Source: Selaginella moellendorffii
Lineage: Eukaryota > Plantae > Lycopodiophyta
Direction of reading: 5' to 3'
NCBI RefSeq assembly: GCF_000143415.4
Contig: NW_003314267.1
Location: forward strand, 1 to 64,000
Length of the DNA stretch: 64,000 nucleotides
In this document: piece by piece, positions 12,400 through 26,579 of the stretch
How positions within the stretch are numbered: position 1 is the first letter of the stretch
How the letters are laid out: every line of letters begins with the position of its first letter
Position numbers and translations under genes: made by a program
Notes under the pieces: model-generated
What the model was told of the DNA's origin: nothing
What the model saw: only the letters and a program-made list of their open reading frames with translations
Databases searched by the model: none

Positions 12400-15300
12400 T
12401 ATATATATCAATTAGCTCAAAAACCCTAGCTTATATACAAGAACAAGTGGTCCGAATTGAAATCAATCTATCAGCTATCAAAATCCCACTATAATAATAA
12501 TAGTATATAGCATTATATCCATACATATAAACCTCACATCATCCCTTTTAAAAGGATAGAAGGCAACTATAGTTAATTGGTTTATGAGCTAGGATTTGGA
12601 GGAATATTGTAAGGGGGCATCAATGGATCTATAGGTGGTGCTACTTGTTTTTAATCCCTTGTACAAAGTGTTTCAGCTATTGCACATAAACAATTTCTGG
12701 AGGATTGACCTGTTGAATGTTACTTACTATACATACATAATTTCTAAAGGATTGGCCTATTGAATGTCATGTTAAACTTCATAAATTTATAATTTAACTT
12801 GTTACAATTCCTTTTACTGAGCAAAAAACCCCTTAGACAAACCATGTACCATAAAATTGAGAAATTGAGTAACATCAAGTCATTCACTTTATACTCCATT
12901 AGTGGGTGATGATAGGAGTTGTAGTACCATTATTGTTCCACTTATACGTGGCCTAAGTGTTTAGTAGATTTCGATTAAACAATTAGAAGAATGCTTGTCA
13001 AATGTAAATCCTAGAATTTAGCATTAGTAGCTTGTGGCAATTGCAAAGGTAAACTCAATTATGTTAGCAATATTAGATCATGACCATATAAAAGTTTATA
13101 TGGTAAAACACTAATGGAACTTTATACCCCTCTAACATATGTATACCAAAGAAATTGCAAATAATCATCTTAATTCAAATACTAAAAGTTTATGTACTTC
13201 GTAATTATCCTTTTGAAAGTCCGAATGAGCCATTCCACTAAACCATTTGTCTATAGATGATAAACACTTTGTGAATGTGTGACATATCCCAGCCAAGATG
13301 TTAAAACATAAAATGTTTCATCCATAAATACAGGATAATTATCCGAGAATATCTACTCTAGATAGGAATACTAGAATACCACTTAATTGAAGAGGAAGTG
13401 TAAAACATTAGCTAGAGCATTGACTTCCACTCATTGAGTCAAGTAGTTGGAAGCAATAATGACATATTTATTACTAACACTTGACTATGGAAAAAGCCTC
13501 TTTAGATTAAATGCCACTAGCTTAAATAGATGAAAAATTGCAATTGACTTCAACCATCATTTTGTAGTATGAAGGGAGTATTATGAGCTTGGCACCAAAT
13601 ATAGCTATGCATATACCAAAAAATATCATATCACATATTAGCCAATAGAAAGAGTTGCATATCTTTTTAATCACATAATGATGTCCCATATACTAGCCTA
13701 GATTTAGGAGAATCATGGTAAATGTAAAGAAAGTGTGGAATAAATATCAAAGGCACCACTAGTCATAAATGATTATTAAGATCTATCCCCACAAAATAAA
13801 GAAGGTAATACTCAAGATGATATTGAGAATACAAATACAATCATTAACAAGTGATGTATGACTCTAAAACCCTTTATGAAACTTTCAAATCCACAACTCA
13901 ACATTTTAAGCTTCACAAACCTTGTTAAAAGAAGGTAAATCTTGCCTCGCACTTTGTGAACATTAAATATCAAATACAACAACTGCCAATGGCATGGAAT
14001 TCTTGTTTAGAAAATTTATAAATGCTAGAGCAATAGACTCATCATGAATAGGAGAAGTGAGTGAAGAATAGAGAGGAGCTTGAGAAAAGGTGTTAGCATC
14101 AACTATACAACTCTTTAAACAATGAACAACCTCGAAATTATATATTTAAAACTTAGAACCCACTAACTAGTATGACTAACTAAGTTCTTTCATTTCAATA
14201 ATGAAATAACTATAACATGATCACCTCCTAGTAATGTTTGATCACAATATAAATATATATGAATCTTCTCAAAACCCTAAATTGCTACTAAACACTCTTT
14301 CTCTGTCGTGGAGTAATTCAACTCCACTTGTTGTAATATATGGCTGATATATATATATGATGATATTAACTACTACTTTTTTGCATCAACACACCTCTAA
14401 GACTGACATTAAAAGCATTCACATGCAAAATGAAAAGTCAAGTGTAGTGAGTATATGCCAAAACTTGAGGAGTTATCATTAGCACTCTAAAATTCATAAA
14501 CGTCTGCTCACAATTTATGGACTAGATGAAAGATGATATTAATAATTTCAATAATGTTCGCAATGATGCAATATAATCATAAAGATGATCAACGAAATAG
14601 CTGAGATATTGCACCTTACTTAAGAAGTGTTGCATATCATTCATACACTTTTGAGTAGAGAACTTTAGAATAACCATAAGTTTGTCAAGACCAACTTGTA
14701 AACCCTTACAAAAAATAAAATACCTAAGATAAGTTACCTAAATATGCACTTCAATCACTTTAGCTTTAAACTAACTTCTTGCAGCTGATCTAATATTTTA
14801 TGAACATCATATATATGCTTCTTTTACATCCTTTTTTAGTGGATCAAGATATCATCGATGAAGTCAATAGTGACCATCGGTATATCACAAAGAACTTTGT
14901 CCATCATTCACTAGAAAGTTGTTGAAGCATTGTTTAAATTTAATAGCATCACTAAAAACTTGTATAAATTAAATAGTGTATGAAAAACAATTTTAGGAAC
15001 ATCTTCCTCAACCATTGACACTTGTCAATACCCAGAAGCAAAATCTAACTTAGTGAATCAATGACTTCTTCTTAGACAATTCAGAAATCACTAGTGTGAG
15101 GAAGATTGTACATATTTAGAATAGTCACTTCGTTTAATAGATGATAGTCAATGCAGAAGTGATTACTCCCATTAGACTTCGTCACAAGATGAAATTCACA
15201 TACCCAAGGACTTTAAAACTTTCAGATAACGCCTTTTTTTAACATCTTTTGACATGCATATATAAAATCTTAACTTTCTTTGGTAATTGACACCAAACAA

Positions 15301-17200
15301 AAACCTTGATTGAATGAGCATCCTTAATTGCAATAAAATGATGTGTTATAATCTTGATCCCATACAATAGGTTAAAGTCAAAAAGATCAACATACTTTGT
15401 TAACCACTGCAATATAAAGGCCATTGAAGGGAGAGGGAATAAAGGAGCAAGATGGAAATAAAATATAAAGTAATGGAGAAACAAAACTAATGGAAGTAGA
15501 AGGATAAAAGGGAATAAAAGCGAGAGGAATGGAAGAAATATAAAAAAGTATGAGATAAGGGGGAAAACCTTTAAAATTATACTTCGTATTATTGTGTTAC
15601 AATCAATCTATACCAAAGATGAGGTCAAAAGTACCATCTACAACAATTGAAGTTCAAGTTTGAGATCACCTATACACATAGTTAAGTTTACTTTATCCCA
15701 CACATACGTATGTGTATGGCTATTGCCATAAAGAATAAAGATTGGCTCTACTGCACGATGCAATTGTAGACGGTAACATGTGGCAATAGGTGAGCAATAG
15801 AAGATAAACTCAAGTCTATATCAACTAACATAGAGAGAATAATAGAAGACATTTTGTTATAAAAATGAACTTAGAAAGTAAATACTAGATAAACTGATGC
15901 CAAGTGAAACCCTTAATGGTACTCTTGCAAAAAGTATGGAAGAGTCATTGATTTATTTATGCAAAAACCCTCCATTACTTGTATGATTCCTTATTTTTTA
16001 GAAGAATCTCTATGTCAAGACCTTTCATTATAATAACACTAATATCACATTGTTAACGCCAAGGCCTCCACCTAAAAAATGAAGGATGCTAATCCAGAAA
16101 CATTGACAATACCAGTATGTATGGCCAACCTCACCACACATCAAACAACAGATATCACAACCATGACCATGTCCTTACCTTTGTCCTTAAACATAAGTAG
16201 TAATTGCATCAACTTCCATTAGAACAAGACTATCTCCCATAGACAGTGGAGTCAAAGGACATGCAGTAAGAAGTGGAAATAGCAATATTTCATAATATTG
16301 TGTTAATCGAAGAGCATCATCAAGAGTATATATAGCAAATGTATGCATAAATCTTACAAAATCTTGACGAAATGTTAATTACAACATTCTCAACTTGATC
16401 TTCTTTTACATATTTAGCTCCACGTGAAGCAATAGACTTTGGAAGTAAATGTCAAATTGTATCAATAACTTAGATGGCCCTTGATGAAAATGGTGCAATT
16501 GTTAAAAGGTATCATCACAATTATCAGCATGTCCAAATGTGTGCTTAAAAACATTAGGGAGAATGCTTCAATTTGCAAAAGTGGTTACATTTAAACTATT
16601 GTACCACTGTAACACCATCCCTTGGAAACATCTAGGAAACTTATGCAAATGCCAAATATCATCTTAATAATGATAGGTGCCAATCATTATAAAATGATCA
16701 AACCAATAGTACATGTTATCCTCAAGATTCCCAAGGAAGAACTCTGGCTAAACATGAGGATTGGTAGTAAAAGTAAGAAGAGTTGTACTATGTATTATGG
16801 CAATTGTGAAGGTAAACCCAACTCCATTAGTAATATTGTATTATAACTATATAAGAGTTTATATAATGAAGCACCAATAGAACTTTGCACTCTTGTGATA
16901 TACACATACCGAAAAGACTACAAATAACCATCCCAATCTGAATGCTAAAATTCACATACTTTGCAATCATTCCATTGAAGATCTAAATAAGTTGTTCCAC
17001 CAAACTATTTGACTGTGGATAACAAGAACTCGTGAGAGTGTTGTGTATCCTTAACCAACACGTTAAAACGTAAAATGCCTCAACTATAAATACAAGACTA
17101 TTATCTGAAAGAATCCACTCCATGTCTATACAAACTACTAATTTAGAGTCAAAGGAGGAGGAGGCTTTTGCTCTGCCATGAAGATGAACAAAAAGGAAAA
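12400..17200 (-). mobile_element. Decayed Ty3/gypsy LTR retrotransposon (gag-RT-integrase relic)
   Basis: Minus-strand remnants lie in gypsy order. Zinc-knuckle-like CEVGHTYWYC at about 16105-16150. RT motifs LVTKSNGSNHFCIDYHLLNEVT (about 15120-15188), FTKLDFASGY*QV..EEDVPK..F (about 14980-15058) and FIDDILI (about 14841-14862). Integrase YH.*TNGLVE.LIRTFK at about 13213-13262. Degenerate PBS near 17170 and a purine tract near 12540. Confidence 0.85.
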
Positions 17201-18413
17201 AAAAAAAGCAAAAGAATTTTTTTTAAAAAAGCTATAAAGAAAATGAGATCTATACAATGCAAAAATTAAATCTAAACCAAAAGCTCAAATCCAAGCACTC
17301 ATTAGAGACAATTAAAGGTACCTCTCACCTCCACTAAAAGATAAAAAATATATAATGTAATAATCTAGAGGTTGGTGAGGAATTTAGGGTTTCAAACCTT
17401 GGTAATGATGGTGCTCCATGGGTATCTTCAAGGAGACTGTATATATCTCATTTATTTTAATATGCATTGTAATTGAAATTTATTAGTTTTTTGTATTCTA
17501 ATAGTATTTAGTCATGTCTAATTAATTATTTAATTATATTGTCATTTAAGTTTTCAAGAAATAATATCAAATGTAATTGAAATTTACATTATAACAATTT
17601 TGTTTTTGGTTAGCCAGTATATCTAGCTAAGGTTTGAGAACATTCTTTATTTTGTAATGTTTAATAGAGATTTTTTTAAATTATTTTTATTAGATAAAAT
17701 TTAGCTTACTAAATACAATTTTTAAAAAGTTTAATTACTTATGTAAACAGTTAAATTATTTTTTAACTATTAATAAACTTTTCTCATGTAATCCTTGTAT
17801 TTGTCACCCCTTTTTTTATATCATTTGTGAAAGAGAAATGAACTCCTCAGCTTTTTCAATAGTAATTACAAGATTATTTTTTGGCTCTTTAGCCTGCTCC
17901 ACTACTATTTTACAATGTTTACAATAAAGGTTTTATAATTTTTTTAATATTTGCAATTTTTTTTAATTTGAGTCGGGCAAGCCCAGGGAGTTGAACTTGG
18001 CAGTTTACCTTCAAATTAGCATTGTCATGCTTTACTCTTGTATGGGCATAAAACCTAGATGTGAATATAAAATCTTTTAAGACTATTTTTTTTTTTTAGT
18101 TTGCAATCTTGGTTGTGTGAATAGATCAACAACAATTATTTTGTTAAGTTTGCACTTTGTCAACAACGAAGTTCATTAATAAAGATAATCCATACAGATC
18201 TTAATGCTTGTTATAGTATAATAATAAATCAAGAGTGTTATACTATCTTAAAATAATATAAACTTTATTATCTATTTATAGCCAGTTAGATCAGCTGGAA
18301 TTAGAATATGCCTACGTTCAAAAGTTAGGGCTACTTACAAGTCGCTCATCCTGGGGCTCGCGGACGTAGATCCTCCTCCAGCGCAGGGCGAGGGCTCCAG
18401 CACTGGTGGTGGG

Positions 18414-18889
18414 ATGCATCACTATGGGGAACACAAGACTCCTCCAATCTTGCCACCTCCATATCAAGGCTACCATCCACCAGGTAAAAAACGAGCTCTC
18501 TAGGATTCTCTCTCTATTTTTCGTGTCACACCAGGTTATCCCCCACCCCTCTCACCACACTCCCATCCACATTTCCAACCCCCACCAGGCTTTCCCACCC
18601 AGCAACAAGGATCTCTCATTGTTGCTAGCTATGGTGGAGGAGGAGCTTCTTCTTACTATCCACCACACCAGCCTCAAATGTATCACCAGTATCAGCCTTA
18701 TGGCCAGTCTCCACAGAATCAATCCAATGTTGGCTGCCTGGAAGGATGGTAAGTTTCTAAAAAAACCACAGAGCTTAAGAACCATCTAAGATCCAAGGAA
18801 AAAAGGAGAAGAAAAGAATAATAATCTGGTTTTACTGGTGCAGCCTAGCAGCAATGTGCTGCTGCTGCCTTCTGGATGCTTGCTTTTGA
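18414..18889 (+). CDS. Cysteine-rich transmembrane module (CYSTM) protein, 3 exons
   Basis: Exons 18414-18483, 18535-18748 and 18844-18889. A Pro/Gln/Tyr-rich N-terminus is followed by NVGCLEGCLAAMCCCCLLDACF*, the CYSTM signature. Not shown correctly by the ORF track. Confidence 0.93.
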
Positions 18890-19040
18890 GCGCTGCTACG
18901 GCTAAAACAGGAGTTAGAAGAAAAAACAAAAAAAGCAAAAAACCGAGGTTCCAGGATTTACCTCTGGATTCCAGTGTCTTGTATTGTGTACAGTGAGTTG
19001 CCCTGAATCGATTCGTTTTCTTTTTTACACAGCTCTACGC

Positions 19041-22000
19041 TCAGGTTGATTTAATAGATCGCAGCTCCCAGCTTCCTTCTCCATCGACCAGGCGGAGCTC
19101 GTTTGAGTGGTATGGAATGAGGGCGGGACGCTGGCAGGGACGGATTAGTAGAGCGCTCTATTCTGGATAACTCTTGGCAAGTACCTGGGAGATTGTGACG
19201 ATCGTGATGCCCAGTGCGTGAGCCTGCTTGTAGAGGCCTTCCTCCACATCCACGCTCGTAGCACTGTTATCGCATGGGACTTGGTGAGGAAAACGGCTGG
19301 AGAGACTTTAAGAGCTTACTTGGTGCATTCGTCCAGAATTCCAAACTTCGGATGATGGAAGAAGAGTCGCGCCTGTCAGCAATTCCGGGTCAGAAAACCT
19401 GGAAACACAGGTTACAATAATACCATTCCAAGGCGTTGTTGTTCTCCCAGCGACAGCATGTCTTCCCAGTTAGCGGGAGTGTTCCAGCCACCTTCTCTCT
19501 GCAACAAATACACGAGCCTGACGTTTTCTAATATAAACCGCAACTTTGAATCGAGAAGCTCCGTGGCTTCTTTAGTGGAATCGACATGGTCCACTCCCAA
19601 ACTTGCATCACCTACACAAAGACAATATGGCGAAGGCTGAAACGAGGAACGGACGTACCTTTCTTCGCTTCATGGAGAACTTTGATGATTGCCTCGTTGA
19701 GCGTCAAGGGGTAGATGATTTGATCCCGGAGAGTTCCCAAGGCCGTATACGGGCGCTGAGGCACGTAAAATATTTCTCGACTTAAGCCGGTGCTTACTTC
19801 AATACTGGTGTTGTCAGTGACAATCTTCCCAGGCTTCGATACGCATCCACTAACAATCGGCCACAGTCCACCAAGGACACGAAAGAGCGAACTCTTACCA
19901 CTCCCATTTGGTCCTGGCACCATCGCAGTTAGCAATGAACAAACAAAGGACTTCGAGGCTAACCAGTTATCAGCATGCTCTGTCCTGGTTGTACCCTGAA
20001 CGATAGCTTTCTGGCAAGCATCTTCTGCGACGGAGTAACAATGTCCACGTCCGAAAAAATAATCTCGTCGTTATCTTCGAGTAGCAATGTCTTTGACGAA
20101 ATTCGAGTTTCTTCTATCAGTTTTAGAGGATCTGTAGAAGATGTACAGGCAGGTTTGGCCTCTAAAATGTGGCTCGCTATTAGATATGAAAATGAAAATA
20201 ATAGTGTAAACACATACCGTGTTGTGCAGATCGAACAAGTTCCTCCAACTCTGATACTCTGGCAATTCCCCCAGACAACTCAAGAAACTTTCTGTACAGC
20301 TCCAATATATCACCAAACGCAAGAAAGCTTTGGGATACAACAGAGGCTAGGAAACGCAAATCATGGGCCAGCTCTCCTGCCGATAAAGAGGTTAAAAAAT
20401 GTCAGGCACCGAACCCTGCCTACCTTGTACAGAAGTCGAAGATCGATCGCCAGTATGTTCCACAGCGTAAAGCAAACTCAACGCCCATGTCACAATGTGT
20501 GGTAGCTGCTTCGTGACAAACTCATCTGCCACTCCAAATGTCCACCGCTTTTTCAATAGCTTCCGATCGTGTCTTAGCAAAGAGTTAAATCGTTGCTCAA
20601 TGACCTGCAGAAAGCCGATAAATAAAACGTAAAGCAAATGCAACTGACTTACCGCCTTTTCTCTTGATCCGCCACCAAAGAAAGCAACGGACTCTGCATG
20701 ACTGCAGAGCCGAGAATGCATGTATCTGTAGATAACAATGTCAGGAATATAAGAGAAACCGTTTGTGAATAACCTGAATGATCCTTCCAATTGCTGTTCT
20801 TGGCTAGTTAAAGCCGCAAAATCAGGTGTGATGCAACGAAGAAATCCAAGACCCAGTAGCATGTATGCATATAAAAAGCCGACGCCCCTTTTCCCAGTAA
20901 GCATCTTCATCCGCAATGTAAACCTGAATTGCAGGCGTCGTAAAGCTTTTCAGATAAACAAAAAGCTGGACACTTACCATACGATGTCAACCAGTGGTTT
21001 TACCATGCCAGTAACAAGACCGGCCACGTCCCCGCAAAGTTTTTCCGTATCTTGCGTTAACCGTTGATCCGCGTCAGTGCAGGGAGAAAGATTAACGACC
21101 TTCGCAAAGGCGATCCGCATCAGCGTAAAACAAGCACTTCGAAAAAGAAGCGATGAACTCACTTTGTAAAACGCGTTGTTTCTAAAGTAAAGTTTCGATA
21201 TATGCTCTGTCAACCTTCTTCTCCAGCCTATGGAAAGTCTTGCTGTCAAGTACCTGAAGACAAAAAATTAAATTTAACAGTTGATATATCTTAGAGACCT
21301 TAAGGATCAGTTGATATATCTTAGAGACCTTAAGGATGGTGCTACGATAGATGAAGCAGCGCTTTGTAACACGCTGACACCAGTGAGCCGAATAAACGCT
21401 GACTTGTCCTGTTCCAAGACATGCCTGACACTTGTTCCTGCGTCACAAAAGCTACGATAAGAAGGAAACCGTGAGCGTCACTACCATTAAGGTCGGCAAT
21501 GCGATCAGAAATCCACGTTCGCCCCACCACCAATAACGCAACCGCAACCAATTGGGCTCCTTGCTTGTCAGACAGCGTTGGTACCTTTTCAAGAAGCCGC
21601 AAAAAATCAGAAACGAGTTCGAACATATGAAATGCCATACCAAAATTTTCAAAAGCGCGGACACTCGTGCAGGCATTTTCTGTTGCTCAATTTGCAATCG
21701 AGGGACAGAAGGAACAATGCCAGAACTTCGTGGAGGAGAAACTGCAAGAACTGCACGAACGTAAGAATCTTGAGGTTTCGAATCGTGCGTAGGATCATCC
21801 TGAATGTTAAGTGTTAGAAAACTCAACTTTAACACAGTTCTTACCTTCGTGTCAGAAAAGAGTTTCTGAACATAAAAAGCGTCACTTTTACGATCAGTGA
21901 CGTCCTCTGCAACAGTCATTTTGGTGGTCTCCGGCAAGGTAAGAGGAGGAGCATTTCTAAAAGGACGAGGTTAGTTTAAGATGATAAGGAAATGAACTGC

Positions 22001-24392
22001 AAGTACCTCTTGTAATGTACATTCCATCCACCTTCGCCATCAAGAGATAGAACTGTATCATGAAAAGCGACCAGCGCAGGCCTGTGAGATATGGTCACGC
22101 ATGAGGTACCCATGGCCCTTACTTCTGCACAAAAGCGCTCTTCCATGTCGGTCGTGACAGCGCTCGTACACTCATCTAAGATAGCGAATGCGGGTCTGTG
22201 ATAAAACAAGCGTGCCATTCCAAGCCTCTGTTGTTCCCCAAGGGAAAGTTCATCACTCCAATTCACTTCCTGACTCGAGGGATAACGATCAAGCAGGTAT
22301 TCCAAATCAACCTGAACGACATACAATTAGCAAAATATACAAGCCAAGACTGGAAAGCGTACGTTTTTTAGTAGGTCGCGCATGCCGTCAATAGTGAGAG
22401 GCTGAGTTTCTTCGGCTGGAGTAAGAGGATAGATCAGCTGATCACGCAAAGTTCCGATGGATGTGTAAGGACGTTGAGGAACATAGAAAATTTCATGGTT
22501 CAGGCCCGAGCCTACTCCCGGCTTTGCAATTCGACCAGACACTAAGGGCCAGAGGCCCCCGAGAACTCTAAACAGCGAGCTCTTGCCGCTTCCATTCGGC
22601 CCTGAGATCCGAAAGGCACATTAAAGACGACATGCAAAGGCACCATGTTGCCATACCAGTAATTAATAGATTAGATCCGGGCTCAACCTTCAACGTCAAA
22701 TCCTCGACCAAAGTAGCTCCCGTAGGTGTGACTACCTGCAAGCATACTTTCAGAATATTGTCCCGAGACGTTAAGAATTACCTTTACTCCCTCAAACTCG
22801 ATATAGTTGGCCTCAACAAAATAGCTCCCGGTTTCCTTATTGCGTTTAGCATTTCCACCGACCACTCTTATATCTCTTGCAATTGACATAAGCTCGTAAA
22901 TACGGTCCGCATAGCCGCTGAAGGGAAAATCAGCCAACTGGTCATATGAAGAGATCTCGTACCTCATTCGAGATAATCTACGTGGAGTTGTTGCTAGAAC
23001 ACCCATAGACTGGAAAAGCGAAATAATTACGCTGGTGTGATACCGCATGTTGCTAAGCATCAAAGCACGGCCCCATGTCGAATGATCAGGCTTCAGTGTG
23101 CCAGCGAAAAAGGGTTCAATGATCAGAACAACACCAAACGTCGCTCCCAAATACTTCAATAAGAAGTCTTGAATCATTCCGAACCACCACTGGGTGTAAA
23201 GGACAGAGCCCAGGTGCTTGTAGAGCGATCTGAATCTTTGAGAGATGATCGATGCCTCTCTTTCCTGTCCCCCATAAAAAGCAATGCTCTCGGAGTGAGT
23301 TCTTAGTCGAGAGTGGAGTTGCCTGTAGTCACCCTCAAGCTGTTGTTCCGTAGACATGAGTCGCCCGAAAGGTGGTGACAAAGTCCCGGTGATAACACCT
23401 GCGCCGATCACATACGCCTGAAAGAAAGAGTTTTACGAAAAGCCTCAACCGTACGTTACTTACTAGAATTCCAAATGCATATTTTGGACTCGCATAAGAG
23501 CACAATCGCCAAGTATACAGAAGTCCGTCAAATACGGCAGAGATGTTTTCCTGTATCAGATCGCAAAGTTCAGTGCAGAACCTCGGGATATCACTGGCAA
23601 TGCGCTGCTCAGGGTTGGAAATACGGCGATCCACATGAGACATCTTGTAGTACGTCATGTTCTGCCAGAACATAGACCAAGTTAACTATCGAAACATCAA
23701 CACCAGTAAGATCTCCCTTCCTACCTGGAAATAGTCGTGGTGAATTCGGTCAGTAAGGATTTTCCGAAAATGCAGGCACAAGTTGCCAGTAAGGTACTTC
23801 GTCGTTGATATAAGCACTGATTGCAGAAGGCATAGAATAACATTCTCCGTTATAAGACGTATAAACAGCGGCACCCTCTTCAGGAACACGGCACGGAAGA
23901 GAAAGCCTTGAACTCTTGCAAGCCGGTTACTGAGTGTAGTCTTCAACACCTGCGTAAAAATAAAATAAAGTTGTTAAGAGCCAGAACGAATAAGGTGATC
24001 GCATACCGCAATCGCAACGAGGTAGCCAAGATACTTCGCCCCACGATTCCCGAGCTGGGCAGACAGAATGCCAAGAAGTATCTTCAGAGACTTTAGACCA
24101 CTCTTTCTTGGCTTTCGAGAGCGAGTAGATTTATTTGCTTCAATGCTAGCGTCGACCTGACTGGTTGGCCTTTCCGGAATAATTCCATTCTGCGAGACGA
24201 GCTTTCTTGCGGAGTTTCTCTGCGCCAAGACCGAGCTCGCATAAGCAAAACCTCCTCCGGCAATCAGCACGGCTGCCGTGACCGCTAGCGCTCTCCTGTA
24301 AGTGGCATCCTTGTCGACAAGCCAAAAGAAAGGCAAAAGACCTACCTCTTTGAGCTAGGCCGGAGAGCCTGAGCGATCTGTAGCGATGGCAT
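19041..24392 (-). CDS. CTS: Peroxisomal full-size ABC transporter ABCD1 (COMATOSE/PXA1 homologue)
   Basis: Starts MPSLQ. Two TMD-NBD halves, each with [40 protein letters not shown] and ILDECT. EAA-like motifs [10 protein letters not shown] and [10 protein letters not shown]. Many short GT-AG introns. Stop TGA at 19041-19043. Confidence 0.97.
21278..21337. repeat. Perfect 30-bp tandem duplication spanning an ABCD1 splice donor
   Basis: Two copies of CAGTTGATATATCTTAGAGACCTTAAGGAT, at 21278-21307 and 21308-21337. Confidence 0.95.
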
Positions 24393-25598
24393 GGCTGCGC
24401 TAGAGCTTGATCCGATGCGCAGCAGCTATGATCCCCATCCCACACCCGATCGACATTCCAATCATCAGCGCCAATCCAAGAAGTTCTGCCGCTGGGCGAA
24501 ATTTCACGTACCTGGATCAAGGCGCCAGACCTAAGCGCCGGAGACGCGCCATCGCAGCTCCTGTCCCATTCTAGGGCTCCACGACTTCGCACAAAGGAAT
24601 TTCCCGCATAGACGACAACGTTGGGTGCAATGGGAAACCATACGCTATAATTTAGCCACGTTCGTGTGAACAGGTGTTAAAGTAAGCTAGATCTTGTCAA
24701 AGTCCCTTTTGCTCCCAGTGTGAACAGTTGGTCACTCGATCCTGGATCGATACCTGGTACTTCTCGTGATAGATCTTAACACGAGACCCTCACTTGTAAC
24801 CTCTGAGATATTCCCTCCCTTGCACAAGGATATGCTGTGGAGCGATCGCTTCCTCCAGGACGAGCGGTCGCTCATCCGCTTTGTTGACTTTGTGGGCCTC
24901 TCAGCGTTTCGAGTGACACAAAACACGTGAAAACTCCACTGTCGTCGATCACCAAACTCCTGCAAATCCAGCCGTTGGTTCCAGGGAGATCGACGGCCAA
25001 GCTTACAAGGGGAAAAATTTAGGCCTTTTTGTTTGTTTGTAGCATTTCGCTGCGCGGGGAAGTGCGGAGCGAGCGACAAGGCGCTGTCGAGGCGCCAGGG
25101 CAAATCCAGGGCGGAGGTGCTGTGCCATCGCAAGCGCCGCGCAAATCTCTGCTGCTGTCCAGGTGCGACATTTCTCTCAGGAATTCCATCGCCAGGGTTT
25201 TGTGTTCTAACATCTTTTCGTGCTCTCGTCGACAGGGCTACGGCGGAACCGGCGCTCTCCTGAAAGGTATGGCGCCTTCTCTTCCTCCTCATTCGCTCTT
25301 CTTCCAACTGGGGGTTTCTTCACATCGAAATTTCGCTCTTTCCCATGCTCTGCCTCGAAATTTCGCCCGATTCTCATGCGGGAGGGTCTAGAAATCTCTC
25401 ACATTGCTGGCCTGTACTAGGATTTCTCGATATTTCATTCCAGTTTCACCAGATTGACGCGGGTGCTTGGGGGTTTTCCTTGTCACGGGTCGGATGGCAG
25501 GTCTCGGGAGGGACGAGGCAGCGGTCTCACCATCGATCAATCGATTCTCGCGGAAAAAGAACCCAAAGGTGAAAGAAAGCTGATCAATCTCGAAAACC

Positions 25599-26096
25599 AT
25601 GGAGTTTGATGGTGGCAGATTGCCAATCGGTGGCACCAATGTGGTCTATCTCTCGAGCCTCTGTGGTAATGGTAACGGTGGCGTTGGTGCTACCACCGGT
25701 GGCTACCACAGGTGTAACCATTCGTGCCAGGTCGAGCACGTCTGGGCCAACCTCTACCGCTGCCTCTCCACTGGGAGCTCTCACGTCTGTGACAAGAATT
25801 GCAACCAGAGGATCCTGTATGATGTGTACAGTAGCATTTGCCGCGTGAGTGGCCAGATCTTTCCACTGACGCTGGCGGAGCAGGAGGCGGCGAGGGGCGT
25901 GAGGAGGAAGAGGGAATCTTCCACCGCTGCCATGGCGGTGATCCCCTCGAGCCCGTCCAGCAGTGATGGAGGAGGATTCGAGAGGTGTGTGAAGCGGCGG
26001 TGTGAGACCAGGCCTTTTGAGTTAGAGCGGTTCCGCCAAATCGCTGTTCCGGCGTCCGGCGGCCATGGCCAAGCCAGTGCCATGGACTTGAGCTGA
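25599..26096 (+). CDS. Small Cys/His-rich putative zinc-binding protein of unknown function
   Basis: 165-aa ORF with HRCNHSC..H..NLYRC..TG..HVCDKNCNQRILYD..S.CRVSGQIFPL and a basic RGVRRKR stretch. Probable 5' UTR introns at 25163-25235 and 25267-25500. Confidence 0.8.
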   Translation: MEFDGGRLPIGGTNVVYLSSLCGNGNGGVGATTGGYHRCNHSCQVEHVWANLYRCLSTGSSHVCDKNCNQRILYDVYSSICRVSGQIFPLTLAEQEAARGVRRKRESSTAAMAVIPSSPSSSDGGGFERCVKRRCETRPFELERFRQIAVPASGGHGQASAMDLS

Positions 26097-26579
26097 GAGT
26101 AAGAGAAGACTGGAATATTCAAAGATCCATATAACGAAAAACGGCATATCCATCCCGTAGCATATTCTAAACCTATTCCTTTTAGGGAAGCTAATGAAAA
26201 GGTAGCATATTCGTCGTAATTTTGCTAAGAAGTCAAAATTGGCTTCCAACGTTGGAGGTGAGTCCCCCCTGGTCCGAAACCAGCGCGGGAATCCTGTCCG
26301 TCGGCCTAAATAAAGGTCACGTCCATCGACGGCCAGGGGCCGGCCACGAGTGCAAATCGCTACCACGTGTCACTCCGAAGCTGCCACGAACGTCTTCCGT
26401 ACCTGTCCTGGAAATCGGCTAGATTTTGCTATTGCAAAAAAAAAAAAACCAGAGGCTCAAAGGCTATGGTGGAAAAGGGCAGTATAAATAAACTTTGGAA
26501 CGAGTGTAGCTCTAGAAACATTCCTCCTCTTCTCCTCTCGCGATCGATCGATCGATTTCCTAGGGTTTAAGAGGAGGCC

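Noticed and set aside
17970-17995. Small GC hairpin (GGGCAAGCCC) as a Helitron 3' end
   Set aside because: The stem is too short and no CTRR terminus lies at the expected distance.
24732-25307. 191-aa minus-strand ORF, and a second frame with an internal TGA
   Set aside because: Non-ATG start and no motif. It overlaps the divergent promoter and the spliced 5' UTR of the gene at 25599. No basis for a Sec or readthrough claim.
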